Assembly (NCBI GenBank): GCA_951406725.2
Contig: OX597815.1
Span: 77,624,001 to 77,688,000 of the forward strand
DNA length: 64,000 nt
Reading direction: 5' to 3'
From: Octopus vulgaris
Taxonomy: Eukaryota
Shown here piece after piece: positions 50,736 to 62,590 of the stretch (position 1 is its first letter; each line of letters starts with the position of its first letter). Position numbers and translations under genes: made by a program. Below the pieces are notes generated by a model that had not been told where the DNA came from, made no database searches, and saw nothing but the letters and a program-made list of their open reading frames with translations.

Positions 50736-50930
50736 GTGTGTGTGTGTGTCTGTGTTTGTCCCCCTCCATCGCTTGACAACCGATGTTAGTGTGTTTACAT
50801 TCCTGCAAAAAGGACCGACAGAATAAGTACTAGGCTTACAAAGAATAAGTCCTGGGGTCGATCTGTTCGACTAAAGGCAGTGCTCCAGCATAGCCGCAGT
50901 CAAATGATTGAAACAACTAAAAGAATAAAT
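50541..50930 (+). mobile_element. tRNA-headed SINE
   Basis: Same family as 37740-38157. Confidence 0.85.
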
Positions 50931-51399
50931 GCATATTTTTTTATACATAGCATAAACATACATACAATATATACATATATATGTATATACTATGTATATA
51001 TACATGCATGTATGTATGAATTAATTTAACATGAAAATGTGTAGTAAGTGTATGTGCAGATGTGCATGGTTATAGAACGAAGTAAAAAAAATACCCATGC
51101 ATATGAAGTATTATTTCGTTATATTTCAGTGACGTTTGTACGTTCGTTAGTGCGTGTATATTAAATGTATGTTGATTTTATGTAAGTGAAGATTTGTAGG
51201 GAAAGCGGGTTGAAGATTAGAAATACAGAATGTGTATTAGAGAGAGTGAGAGAGAGAGAGAGAGAATGAGTGAACTCTAGTAGAAAGTGCATGATAAGAT
51301 TGAGGAAGGATATTGTTGTAGCAGGTAGGATTGTGATGGTAAAAACATGTATTATCGCAGATAATACATTGAAGGGTGATGATGGTGCTACAGATGGTA

Positions 51400-51585
51400 A
51401 TGATGACGACGGCGATGACCACGGAGAACTGACTTTAACTGTAAAAAAAAAATGCGTTATATATTTTTTCCTTCGCGCTGTTTGCTTTAATACAGGTATG
51501 TATTGTATAACCATCTGGACAGAACAATCATTCATTATGGTAGTGGACGAGTGACAACAGCAGGTCTCGCACATACGCACCTCTG

Positions 51586-51635
<50 letters not shown>

Positions 51636-53034
51636 CATAAAGGAAGAGTCCTGTGGGACTAATAGTATTTAGTGAAGATCGCTGTCAAATGCAGGCCAGT
51701 CCAGGTTACAGAGCTTGTCCATACAGCAAGGTGTGTGCTAGCGATACACTAAGTTAGTTTTTGCCAGTTGAAGCACGGCTGTCAGTATCATCATCAGCTT
51801 CTAATTTTCCCTTTCTGTTTTTCTCACACGAAAACGTATGACACACACACATACGTCATTATTAAGTGAGTGAGTGAGAGAGAGAGAGAGCGACCTGCCT
51901 ATCTGTTGTCACGGTTCAAGAGTCCAAGACATGCTTTTGCGAAGATGCCTTCGACATTTTCCACTTTCGCTCTAGTAAAGAAGCTGTGAATGATGCGAAC
52001 GTGCTCGCCAATACTCTTATAGATATATATATATGTATATACCCACGCGCGCGCGCGCACACACACACACATACATTGATATATACATGCTGACCACTAA
52101 TCTACACGGACGAGTACATGTCTACGCACAACACCGTTCCAAGTCTGTATCACCATTAAAGTAGTCGTTTTCCTGCTTGAATATATCCATCTTCTGTCGC
52201 TCAAGCTTTGTCGAAGACAAATCTACTTTACGTATGTGCACAGCGTACAGCAAACACGTTTTTTTTTATATGTGCACAGCAACCTGGGTGCCGACGGAAG
52301 CTTATACCTAAAACCCAGAAAGCGGCGGTGTTATGACGGAAACATACTAGGGTACATTCACATAGCAGCAGTGTGTGAAATTTGACAAACATGAGAAGAT
52401 ATGTATTCGTAAAATACTATTTAGCGACAAAACAGAATAACAAAGGATGAATGAAAAACAATTTTGGCATGTAGACATTGAAGATGCTTTTTTAACTTCA
52501 CATTGCATCAATGTTGCCGTTTGGTGGTGGTCAACAACCACAGAGGTCAGTCATTCGTCCGGACATGGTGTGGATTGTGTCGGTGGGAAGTAGACCAGAT
52601 TCGAACTGTGGACAGATTCCACAAAATCCAGAGGTAAGATGATGGTTCTTTACCAACTTAGTTGTGATGGCCAGTAATTTGTGATGTGATTATTTTAGTA
52701 TTTTGCTGTCGCTACAACACATAACGGTTATTTCTGGAAATAATTATAGTAATAATATATAACTACATACACTACATCGGTTATCAACACCTCTTTCACT
52801 ATCATTATATCGCGTCTGCTGCGTTTCATCCTGATCATGTGTGTGTGTGTGTGTATTAAGTATACTTTTTAGTATTTTGTATTCGACAGAAAGTTATAGA
52901 AGTAGCTCAAGGACCGAGAGTTTCGTGTATGGCACTTATCAAAAAGTATATTTATATACAAATATGTATGTGCGTTTGTTCCACCAAACGTCTCGCACAC
53001 ACACACACACACTCTCACTCTCTGTATGTGTGTA

Positions 53035-53083
<49 letters not shown>

Positions 53084-53500
53084 AGAGAGAGAGATATAGA
53101 GATAATTGCTCGTACGACTCTGTTTAATAACATATAATAATAAACATTTATTTCCGAGATAGCAACATCTTATAGTCGATGCGAATTCAACCGGCATCTC
53201 GTTGCCTTCTTTTGATCAGGAAGGACAGGTAGTTTTCCTCTCTCTGGTGGCTATGGTGAAAGAAGTTGTGCGTGGACACGACTGAAAGGGCACTTCCTCT
53301 TCGGCCAAACTCACGTTGACTTTTTGAAAATTTAACACATGGAGAAGAAAATGGTTGTGGAAAAGGAGATACTGCCTCTTCAGTAAATATTTTCATGTGT
53401 CGGCTCGATTTACAATCATAATCCAGACTCTGGGCCCGCTCTCATCATATGCTTTGTAGGCCAAAGAAAACAGCTGAAAGAACGCATTTACCCTTAGTAA
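51400..53500. promoter_or_regulatory. CpG-retaining unique region, possible promoter/first-exon zone
   Basis: Frequent CpG, a (CG)n run near 52046, ETS-like CGGAAG near 52295, donor GAG|GTAAGA at 52633. Confidence 0.3.
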
Positions 53501-53689
53501 TCGTTGACCTGTGGGATTTTTCCATTAGTCCCAGGTAGTGGTCTACGTCATGGGATATTGCCATATTTTGCTATTAATTCCATTTTACAACTTGTCCTCT
53601 TAATGTACCCAATCTATCAATTTCGAGACATTAATAAATAATCGATATTATTAACTTTAATAATAATAATAATTTTAAAAAAAATTAAC

Positions 53690-54673
53690 CCAAGTCAGCT
53701 ATGATCATCCTGTCTTATTCAGTTATTATGTAACCCTAATCCTCTGTGTTATCCAATGTAGTCTTAAATATCATCTTGTATAAGACGGATGAAGTAAGGC
53801 TGCTATTTCTAGCAGATCGAGCAATCACGCAAACGCTACTTAATTTGACCAAGTCACGTTGTTTAACCCCGGTCAAATCTGGTTAAGCAAACCTATGAGC
53901 AAAAGTATTCCAGCCACTGCCATTTCCTCTTGATTTTAGATACAATACATGTAAGACCACATTATCTAATGCCTTAATGATATAAGATAGTAGGGTGTGA
54001 TTTCAGAAAGATTTGGCTGCTATTTCTAGCAGATCAAGCGATCACTTTACGTATTATCGCTTATAGGGACTTCAGTTATTACTACATTCAACTTGTAGTT
54101 GACAATTCACAGTTGGTATGAAATACGTTTTTCACAGCCTCAAATCTCCCTCTCATTCCACGTGTATTTTCTTGGCTTTCTTTTCTTCTTTGGTGGTATG
54201 ATCTACTTGGAAATCCTTGTTTTGTTCAACTTGGGGTTTTACATCGCTTGGTCTTACATAGCCAGCTGGCCGTTGGTCTGCCTTTGGGAGTTCATTCTGT
54301 TGCAAAGTAATTGGGCCTTAGGATAACTTCCTTTCCGTGTCAGCAGCTGTGAAAGGATCATGGGCGGTGCCCTCATCTGAACAAGCTTTTGTACACACAC
54401 ACACATGCCCACTTTTTCAACTTTCTATAACTTTCTTTTTGACATTTTTCTGATTTTTTTTCTTTCACATGTATGTTTTAAACACCGGAGATTATGATTA
54501 TGCAAAATAAAACTTTTGACAAAGCCAATTATTTGGCAGAATTTCGTTTCGGAATTTGATCATTTTTACAGAGATGTTGCAGAACCGTAATCTCCGTTGT
54601 TTAAAACATACAAATCCGAAGAAGATATTGCAGATTTTGGCAAAATAGATAATTTCCGACTCTATTCTATATG

Positions 54674-54766
<93 letters not shown>

Positions 54767-55190
54767 AAATGTGTTTTTCAAAATCAATAGGCTCTGGATT
54801 TACTATCTCATTGATAATGCTGCTGTTGTTTAAGCCCTAGATGAACCTGATCGAGTTGTCTTATTATCACAAACATTTCAACTGTGGCGATTCTACCGAT
54901 TTAGGAATACTTAGGGACCCCATTGTCTACGTCACCCCTTTTCCTAGACGGTGGTGTGTGATTTGAAGGGGGTTTAGCTGCTATTTCTAGCAATTCGGGC
55001 AACCTTGTTCATGCTCCCTCGACGGCTTTCCTTGATATAACCGATCCAGCAGACGTATGACGAAAGGTATTCCAGCTGTGCTCATCCTATCTTTTTGTAT
55101 ATTTAACTTTAACTGTATTCTTCCATTTTAAAAAACTGTAGCGGGGTGGAATGAGATTTGATTGCTATTTCTAGCAGATCGAACGGGTTG
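53690..55190 (+). repeat. cluster of about four copies of a ~180-bp interspersed repeat (…GATTTGGCTGCTATTTCTAGCAG…)
   Basis: Copies near 53690-53830, 53860-54045, 54830-55010 and 55040-55185. Related copies near 440-560, 29680-29850 and 43700-43870. Confidence 0.7.
54470..54612. repeat. 35-bp inverted repeat, MITE core
   Basis: TGTATGTTTTAAACACCGGAGATTATGATTATGCA / TGCAGAACCGTAATCTCCGTTGTTTAAAACATACA. Confidence 0.7.
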
Positions 55191-55917
55191 TTAGTAATAG
55201 TCACAATATGAGAGTGTTGTGTATATTAAACTTCAGAGATATTGTAATTTGTATAAGATATCAGTTGAATAGGGAGGTTAGTTTTTATGATATGGAGTTT
55301 GTTATGTAACTTACGAGAGAGTTCAAATCCCACCTAGATGAGTTCTGAAATATTTTAAGGTTAACTCAATCATAAATGTCTATTAGCTACCAAAAGATGA
55401 CAAAACTAAAATTAATGATTTATAAGATTTGCGTATAAAACCCGCGGAGGAAATTTTACACACGAGAATAAAAGAAAAATATGCTTTTCAAATAAATAAA
55501 TAAATAAATAAAATAATGAAATTAAGAAGGCTAAAATTAACAGTTGTTGAGTTGTTCTTAAATAATTTATCGGAAACTGGAAAATGTAAAATTTTGCAAC
55601 CTGTTTTGCCTACGAAACCTAAAACCTGACCTCGTAGACAAAACTTAATGCCTACTAACTGCAAAATTAGGGGAAATTTTAGCTTCATTCATTTGCTAAT
55701 CATGTTGTATCAGATAGCTTGGGTAGTTTCCTCTTTCTGCGATTGCCGCAGATACAAGGCAAATTTATTTGTTAGTCAAGGGGACTCCGTGTTATAAAAC
55801 AAACCACAGGATCGTTCAAACTGTCTCTTAGAAAAATTCTTTAAACATGTTTTACGATGTTAAGAAGACTTTTACATTAACACAAGAAGAAAAGTGAATG
55901 AAACCCAAAGTAAACGA

Positions 55918-55953
<36 letters not shown>

Positions 55954-56452
55954 TCAACACTAAATCGCATCTTCCGCTGATAATCTTGACAGATAAAATC
56001 TATTGATTTGTAAATTCCTGATCTGTAAGGCAATCACAATTCTTTCGCCTTATTGTCCTTGCCACTTTCGTCAATATTCCGGTTTTTCTCGAATGAACAT
56101 ATCGACACATTAGTTCCTCTTTATTTGGAATGTTGGTTGAAAGTAGCAGCCTCTGGGAACTGATGTCTATCTAACCCATGTGAAAATAGATGAGCTGGGG
56201 AGTCGAGATTAAACACCTTATTTTCTTCTTATATTTCACTATTCTTTACTCCTCGAGTGCGTTCTCTTTTTCATTCCTTTTTTTCTTCTATCTCCAAAAT
56301 TCTCTCTCTCTCTCTCCTCTCCCTTCTCACATGTCTCACCCTCTCGTTTTTTCTCTCGATTTTTCTTACTTCTTTCATTCTCTCTCTTTATACGTGTAGG
56401 TTCACGCGCCTGTGTGCGCGTGCACAAGTCTTTAAAGTTAATTTCTTACAAG

Positions 56453-56493
56453 GTCTTGAGAGAGGGCGTAGTCGATTCGGGGGACCTCAGAAC
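56453..56493 (+). CDS. candidate small exon (41 nt; (G)LERGRSRFGGPQN)
   Basis: Acceptor TTTCTTACAAG after a long pyrimidine tract, donor AAC|GTAAGG. Phase-1 start is compatible with frame 0 of the 49843-49960 exon. Confidence 0.3.
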
Positions 56494-57108
56494 GTAAGGG
56501 GCTTCAAATATTGATACTTGAATGTTGGTGAAAACAGATTTATAAGGATAAACACACAAAACGGAAATAAAATCACCTAAAAAAAAGCGATACAAACATA
56601 TCAGTTTTGGTCGTGGGGTAGAGCGCAGGAAAAATATCACATTTCAGCCACAGGGAAAAGAGCATATTTCAAATAATGGTAGCTAAACAAATATTTTAAG
56701 TTGCTTATTCACTGACTACACGATTGGTATGCTATGACAACACAAATTATATAATAGCGTTTCTTTTAAACTCTAACTTCTGAAGGAGTCATCGGGGGTG
56801 TCGTTAAGACGTACGGCTTGTCTAAGAATTAGACGGAGCCCATCTCTCTCCAAGTCTCACCACAGCTGACTTCTTATAGAGGGAGGGAGGGAGGGAGAGA
56901 GAGAGAATCGATCATACTACTGGGCTGATACTTAATAATTTTCGAAAGGATGAAAATTGATCAGTGTGGTATTTGAACTCGGCATACAGAGAGTATGTAT
57001 GAATACTATAAGGTAATCAATCAGATACTCTTTTGGGAAAAGAAAAAACTCCTCAAATTTGTCATCTATTCTGTGATTTTCTCATATATATATATATATA
57101 TATATATA

Positions 57109-57484
57109 TCTATATATAAACGGCAGTTTGTCTGTGCGTGTTTCTGTGTGTCTGTTTGCTTGTACCCTCACCTGACCACGGCTTTCAACTGATTCTGATG
57201 AAACTTGACACACACATAGCCCAATGTCATAATTCAAAACTAACGCAGCGAAAATTTTGAAAAGTTCCCCCAGTTCTGAAAAAATCGATAAATTCGACAT
57301 GGGGTCGAGAATCAGAAACACGAACCACAAACTGTCTAGGGGACGCAACTCCACCTTTTTAAATCTCAAAAAAAATTTACCATCATTTTTTTCCATTTTT
57401 TTGCTATTTTTTGGCTATAACTCTCTAAAAATGCTTTATAGTTATTTCCTTACAAACCTGAGCAACGCCGGGCGATACTGCTAG
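57109..57484 (+). mobile_element. non-autonomous Helitron
   Basis: 5' TC, 3' CTAG, inserted at A^T inside (TA)n. Subterminal hairpin remnant CCTGAGCAACGCCGGG about 8 nt before CTAG. Confidence 0.85.
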
Positions 57485-57515
<31 letters not shown>

Positions 57516-57697
57516 AACTGCACGTGGATTATTGACGATGTTTCCTTATTTTTCCTTTTTTCTCTTTGGACTTAACCTGTTTCGTATGAAGAGCTATGCT
57601 CGAAACGTTAACTTTCTCTCTTCACAGACCATCAAATTAATATATCTTTGATGCACGTCTCCACGTTCGTTTCTTTCTTTTTTTTTTAATTGTTTGT

Positions 57698-57741
<44 letters not shown>

Positions 57742-57979
57742 ATCTCAAATTTTGGCACAAGACCAGCAATTTTGGAGGAGGAGATAGCTGATTACGTTGA
57801 CCTCATACTCAAGTTGTACATATTTTATCGACCCCACAAGGTTGAAAGACAAAGTTAACCTTGGTGGAATTTGAAATCAGAACATAAAGTTAGTCAAAAT
57901 GCCACTAAGCATTTTTCCAAACGTACAAACAGTTCTGCCACCTTACTGCCTTTATACACACACACACACACACAATTTT

Positions 57980-58011
<32 letters not shown>

Positions 58012-58098
58012 GAGAGAGAGAGGGAGAGATACATATATATATATGCATCCACATATGTATGTATACATAGATATATATATACATACATATATACATGT

Positions 58099-58133
<35 letters not shown>

Positions 58134-59249
58134 CATACACATACATACCTATGTATCATCATCATCGTTTAACGTCTGTTTTCCGTGCTAGCATGGGTTG
58201 GAGGTTTCGACCGGAGTCAAGGAAGCCAGGAGTCTGCACCAGGCTCCAGTCTGATCTGGCAGTGTTTCTACGACTGGATGTCCTTCCTAACGCCAGTGTG
58301 TATGTGTGTATTAATAGTGCTTGAAGCTGAAAGGCTTAACAAACTATTATATTGAGTTTCATGTTATTGATCACCAGATGAGACTGTCTGATGATTGGTT
58401 ACATGAAATGAGTTGAATAATTCAATTTCTTCTATAATAAACAACATCAACAGTAGAAATTATGCCAGTGGAAAATCAACCCCAAGTCTTTCTCAGACCT
58501 ATCAAAAGCAGAGCAACTTTAGCAGTGTCTAGATGATGAACTGTCATCCAGTAATTACCATACCATTTAAAATACATAGTGCACTCTAAAGACTGGCATC
58601 TCTGCAGCTTGTCAGGAGTTTCTGAATTTCATGGCAAGAGAACACTGTCACTGGTTTGATAAAATCAACACCCAAATAAGAAGTTGATTGACAGAAAGAG
58701 AGCAGCTCGTCATGCTTACCAAAATAACAAAAGCTTGTCAGCAAGCACAGGCTGCAATCCTGAAATAAACATGTGCTATGTAAAACGATTGATAGTAAGT
58801 GAAATCACTTGAAATTCAGAAATAGTTTGACATAAGCAGGTTTTTCAGTATAACTAAAGTGACTTTTGGCCCAAGTTCAAGTCCTACATCTGATGAATTG
58901 CAAAATGGTACAAATATTAGGGAGGATAATGTATAGGGTATTTGGGGTAAATTTGATGATCTCTTTACAAGAACTGCTTGATGTATTAGTGAACAGTCAG
59001 TGGTGTTGGAGAACATAAAGATTGAAGTTGTAGTTGAGAAAAAGTTCGATGACTGGAAGCCATCTGAATATTAGTAATAGTTGCTTGTATCATGATGATT
59101 CATGCTGGATATCAAAATGCTAACATTATGACTGCTGTTCAATACTCTGTGAACACTGTAAAGGTTGTAAGACATGACATGGACAGCTGCAATGAAGACT
59201 ATGAAGCCATGGCCAGCAGAAAGTGACACAGCAGGCATCTTGACTGTGT

Positions 59250-60200
59250 TCATCATCATTATCATCATCATCATCATCATCGTTTGACATCTGCTTTCCA
59301 TGCTACTATGGGTTGGATGATTTGACTGAGGACTGGCGAACCAGATGGCTGCACTAGGCTCCAATCTGATCTGGCAGAGTTTCTACAGCTGGATGCCCTT
59401 CCTAACACCAACCACTCCATGAGTGTAGTTGGTGCTTTTATGTGCCACCGGCATGAAGGCTGGTCTGGTGGTACTGGCAACAGCCTTGCTCAAATGGTGT
59501 TTTTTACATCCCACTTGCACAGGGGCCAGTCCAGCACCAGACAACGACCTCATTCAAATGGTTTTTCACGTGCCACCGACATTTTTACGTGCCACTGGCA
59601 CGGAAGCCTGTCAGCTGCTCTGGCAACGATCACACTCAGATGGTGCTCTTAGCACTCCACTGGCACAGGTGCCAGTCATTAAATTTGATTTGATTTCGAT
59701 TGCCTCAACAGGTCTTTGCAAGCAGAGTTTAATGTCCAATGAAGGAAAGGTACGCATAAGTGGGCTGGTTACACCCCTGGCATAGGCCACAGGTTAAGGT
59801 CTCACTTGGCTTGCCAGATCTCACACTACATATTTCCAAAGGTTTCTGTCACAAGTCATTACCTCAGTGAGGCCTAATGTTCGAAGGTTGTGCTTCACCA
59901 CTTCATCCCAGGTCTTCCTGGGTCTACCTCTTCCTCAGGTTCTCTCAACTACTAGGGTGTGGCACTTTTTCACAGAGCTCTCCTCATCCATTCTCGCCAT
60001 ATGACTATACCAGTGCAGTCGTCTCTCTTGCACACCACATCTGATGCTTCTTAGGTTCAACTTTTCTCTCAAGGTACTTACACTCTGTTGAGTCTACACA
60101 CTGATATTACACATCCAGCAGAGCATACTGGCTTCATTCCTTGCAAGCTTACACATGTCCTCAGCAGTCACAGTCTATGTTTCACTGCCATGTAGCATGG
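59250..60200 (-). mobile_element. RTE/BovB-like LINE 3' fragment with long 3' UTR and (GAT)n tail
   Basis: Minus strand EASMLCWMCNIS...LREKLNLRSIRCGVQERRLHWYSHMARMDE...GRGRPRKTWDEVV. Tail sequence is shared with many short repeats in the window. Confidence 0.8.
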
Positions 60201-60204
60201 CTCA

Positions 60205-60737
60205 TATGTTGGAATCCATTCCCACATCTTCAGACTGTTATGTGAGGTTAGTAGAGACTGTAGTCAATCCCTGTCTGGAAAGAGTTGCTATTGGAAAGTC
60301 ATATGTATGGCAGCAGGATCTGGCTTCTTGTCATATCTCTGTCTAGAGTCAGAAGTAGTTGTCAGGGAATTTCTATGACTTCACCGATCCCAATTTCTAG
60401 CCTCCTAATTCCCCCACTTGTAGTCCCATAGATTACTATGTATCGGGCACAGGTGAGAAAGATACCTACCACTCTACATGCAACACCAAGGCTGAGCTGG
60501 TAGCCAACATCAAGGTGGTGTTTGAAGATCTTCCAAGGGATACAGTGAGGAATGCATGTGTCAAGTTCTGTAGCTGTCTTGAGGCCATAGTGGATGCTGA
60601 GGGCAGCTACTGTTACCTCGCAGCCATAATCTAGTCGATATTTTTTGATATTTTAAAAATACTTGAATTTTTGGATGGGATTTTGTGTTTTTTTTTTTCA
60701 TTTTGTGCAAAATGTCAAATTTAGGCTGAATACCCTG
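60205..60737 (+). mobile_element. maT/mori-type (DD37D) Tc1/mariner transposon, 3' fragment
   Basis: YVWQQDLASCH...F*PPNSPTCSPIDYYV...LEAIVDAEGSY, with 37 residues between the 2nd and 3rd Asp. TIR-like end TTAGGCTGAATACCCTG. Confidence 0.8.
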
Positions 60738-60999
60738 CAACTGGAAAAAACATTTGGAATCTGAATACCCTGCAACAAGGAAAAAACATTTGGAATCTTG
60801 ATTAATTGTGTCTGTGCAGCCAATGTAAGATCTCTAGGTTATATCACACTAAAAGCCAATGATAAATAACTTCTGATATTGCTGGACTTCCACCACAAAA
60901 AAAAAATGTATATATAAAAATAAACAATCTGTTCCTGAAAATAAAATGGCACCCAGCTCTAATGGAATTCTGATTGAAATTTATCTATATCAATTGGAG

Positions 61000-62590
61000 A
61001 ATATAGTATTAACAGTAAAGTTTCAGATATTGTTTTTGCTAATCTGAATGTGAAAGAGATATCAACTGAACTCAGATAAGGAACTGTTAGAACCATCTTC
61101 ATGACAGAGACTCAGATTGTGCCTTCTAAATTGGAAACTTGTTACCTGCTGGAAAAATTTTGGCTTGAATCATTCTCGACCAACTTATTTATTCCACTAT
61201 CAGAGACTTGCCTGTTTGAATCTCAAGCTAATTTTTGACACTTCAGAGGCACTATTGATGTGATTTTCAGCATTTATCAGTTACAAGAGAAACTCTGCAA
61301 GCAACACATGCTTTCCTTTGACCTCAACCTGGCATTTGATTCCATAAATCAAAAACTGTAGAAAGTACAAGTAAAACTTGACTGTCCACAAAACCTCAAC
61401 ATAATCACATGACTCCTTTGTGATACCATGACAGCCAAATTGTAATGCCATCTTTCCACTAGAGATCAGTTTGAAATGCAAACAGGAATAAAGCTGGCAT
61501 ATGTATTTTGCAGCTATGCTCTTTTCCACTTTCCTCTCAGCCATGCTCAAGTTCACTATGGGCAAACTTACACCTGATGTCCATACTGCACAAATGCTGA
61601 TGCATTCAATTCTGGCAGACTCCATGTCAGAACAAAAACTATAACTTAGGTAATTGAATTTCAATACATAGGCAGTGCCGCACTTAGTGTGAATTCAGTA
61701 CAACAACTATGCTTACCATTATTTTCACTGATGAATATGAGAGCATGGTTCTAACTCTCAGTATAAATGAAATAAAGATCTTGCATCAACCAGCATCCAA
61801 CAAGTAAGTACCTAGGTACCTGTTGCAGTCATTTGAGTATATGGATTGACAGTGGAAAATATATAATACTTCCTGTTTTGGGGTTGTCATGTATTACAAC
61901 CTGTACATATTGATGAGGCAACCCAGCACTGGATAAAATGTACCAGGTCTATGAAGATGAGTATATGAAGATCATGACATGAGACAAACAGCTAAACTTA
62001 TGGTGTGTAAGGCTGTTTTACTCACAATATATTTCTGAAATCTGAACAAATTATAGGCTACTAATCAATAAGCTGGAAGTATACCATCAGAGATGTCTGA
62101 GGAAAAACATGCACATTCATTTTCAGGAGTGACCGAGGAGTGTTAGTTGTATTTGAGCAAGCCCAATATCTCCTGCATTGAAATCATGCTTTTGTAACCT
62201 TAACATTGAGGAGCTGGCCATGTCATGTAAATGGCAGATCATTTATTGTCCAAACAATTGTTTTCTATTTGATTGGAGGAAACCATATGTAAGAAGGACA
62301 AAGAAGAGTTTCTTTCAAAGACATGAAATAAATTTGAAATGTGGCATCATTGTATACAAGTGAAAATCATTGTCAATTAACCAACACAAGGAGAGATGCA
62401 TCTACTATGATGGCACTTTGATGCAACATGAACAAACATCTCAATGACAAATGTGATCATAGCCATATGAAGCCACAAACAGTGCCTTTTTATTTCTGTG
62501 AACCAACAAGAACCTGGTTCACAATGAACTTGTGGATCCTATATAGTTACATGGGCCTACATAGTTACATTCTCGTTCACAGTAGTTAAA
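61000..62590 (+). mobile_element. highly degraded RTE LINE
   Basis: Fragments RGTIDVIFSIYQLQEK, LAFDSIN, LDCP, FNSGRL, KLEVYHQRCLR. Confidence 0.7.

Noticed and set aside
53187-53475. Minus-strand terminal exon (acceptor TTCTTTCAG, AATAAA downstream; YDESGP resembles the actin C-terminus)
   Set aside because: All three frames from the acceptor stop early and the actin-like match is only six residues.
57194-57206. CTGATGAAAC as a hammerhead core
   Set aside because: No helix II between the boxes; it is part of the usual Helitron internal motif.
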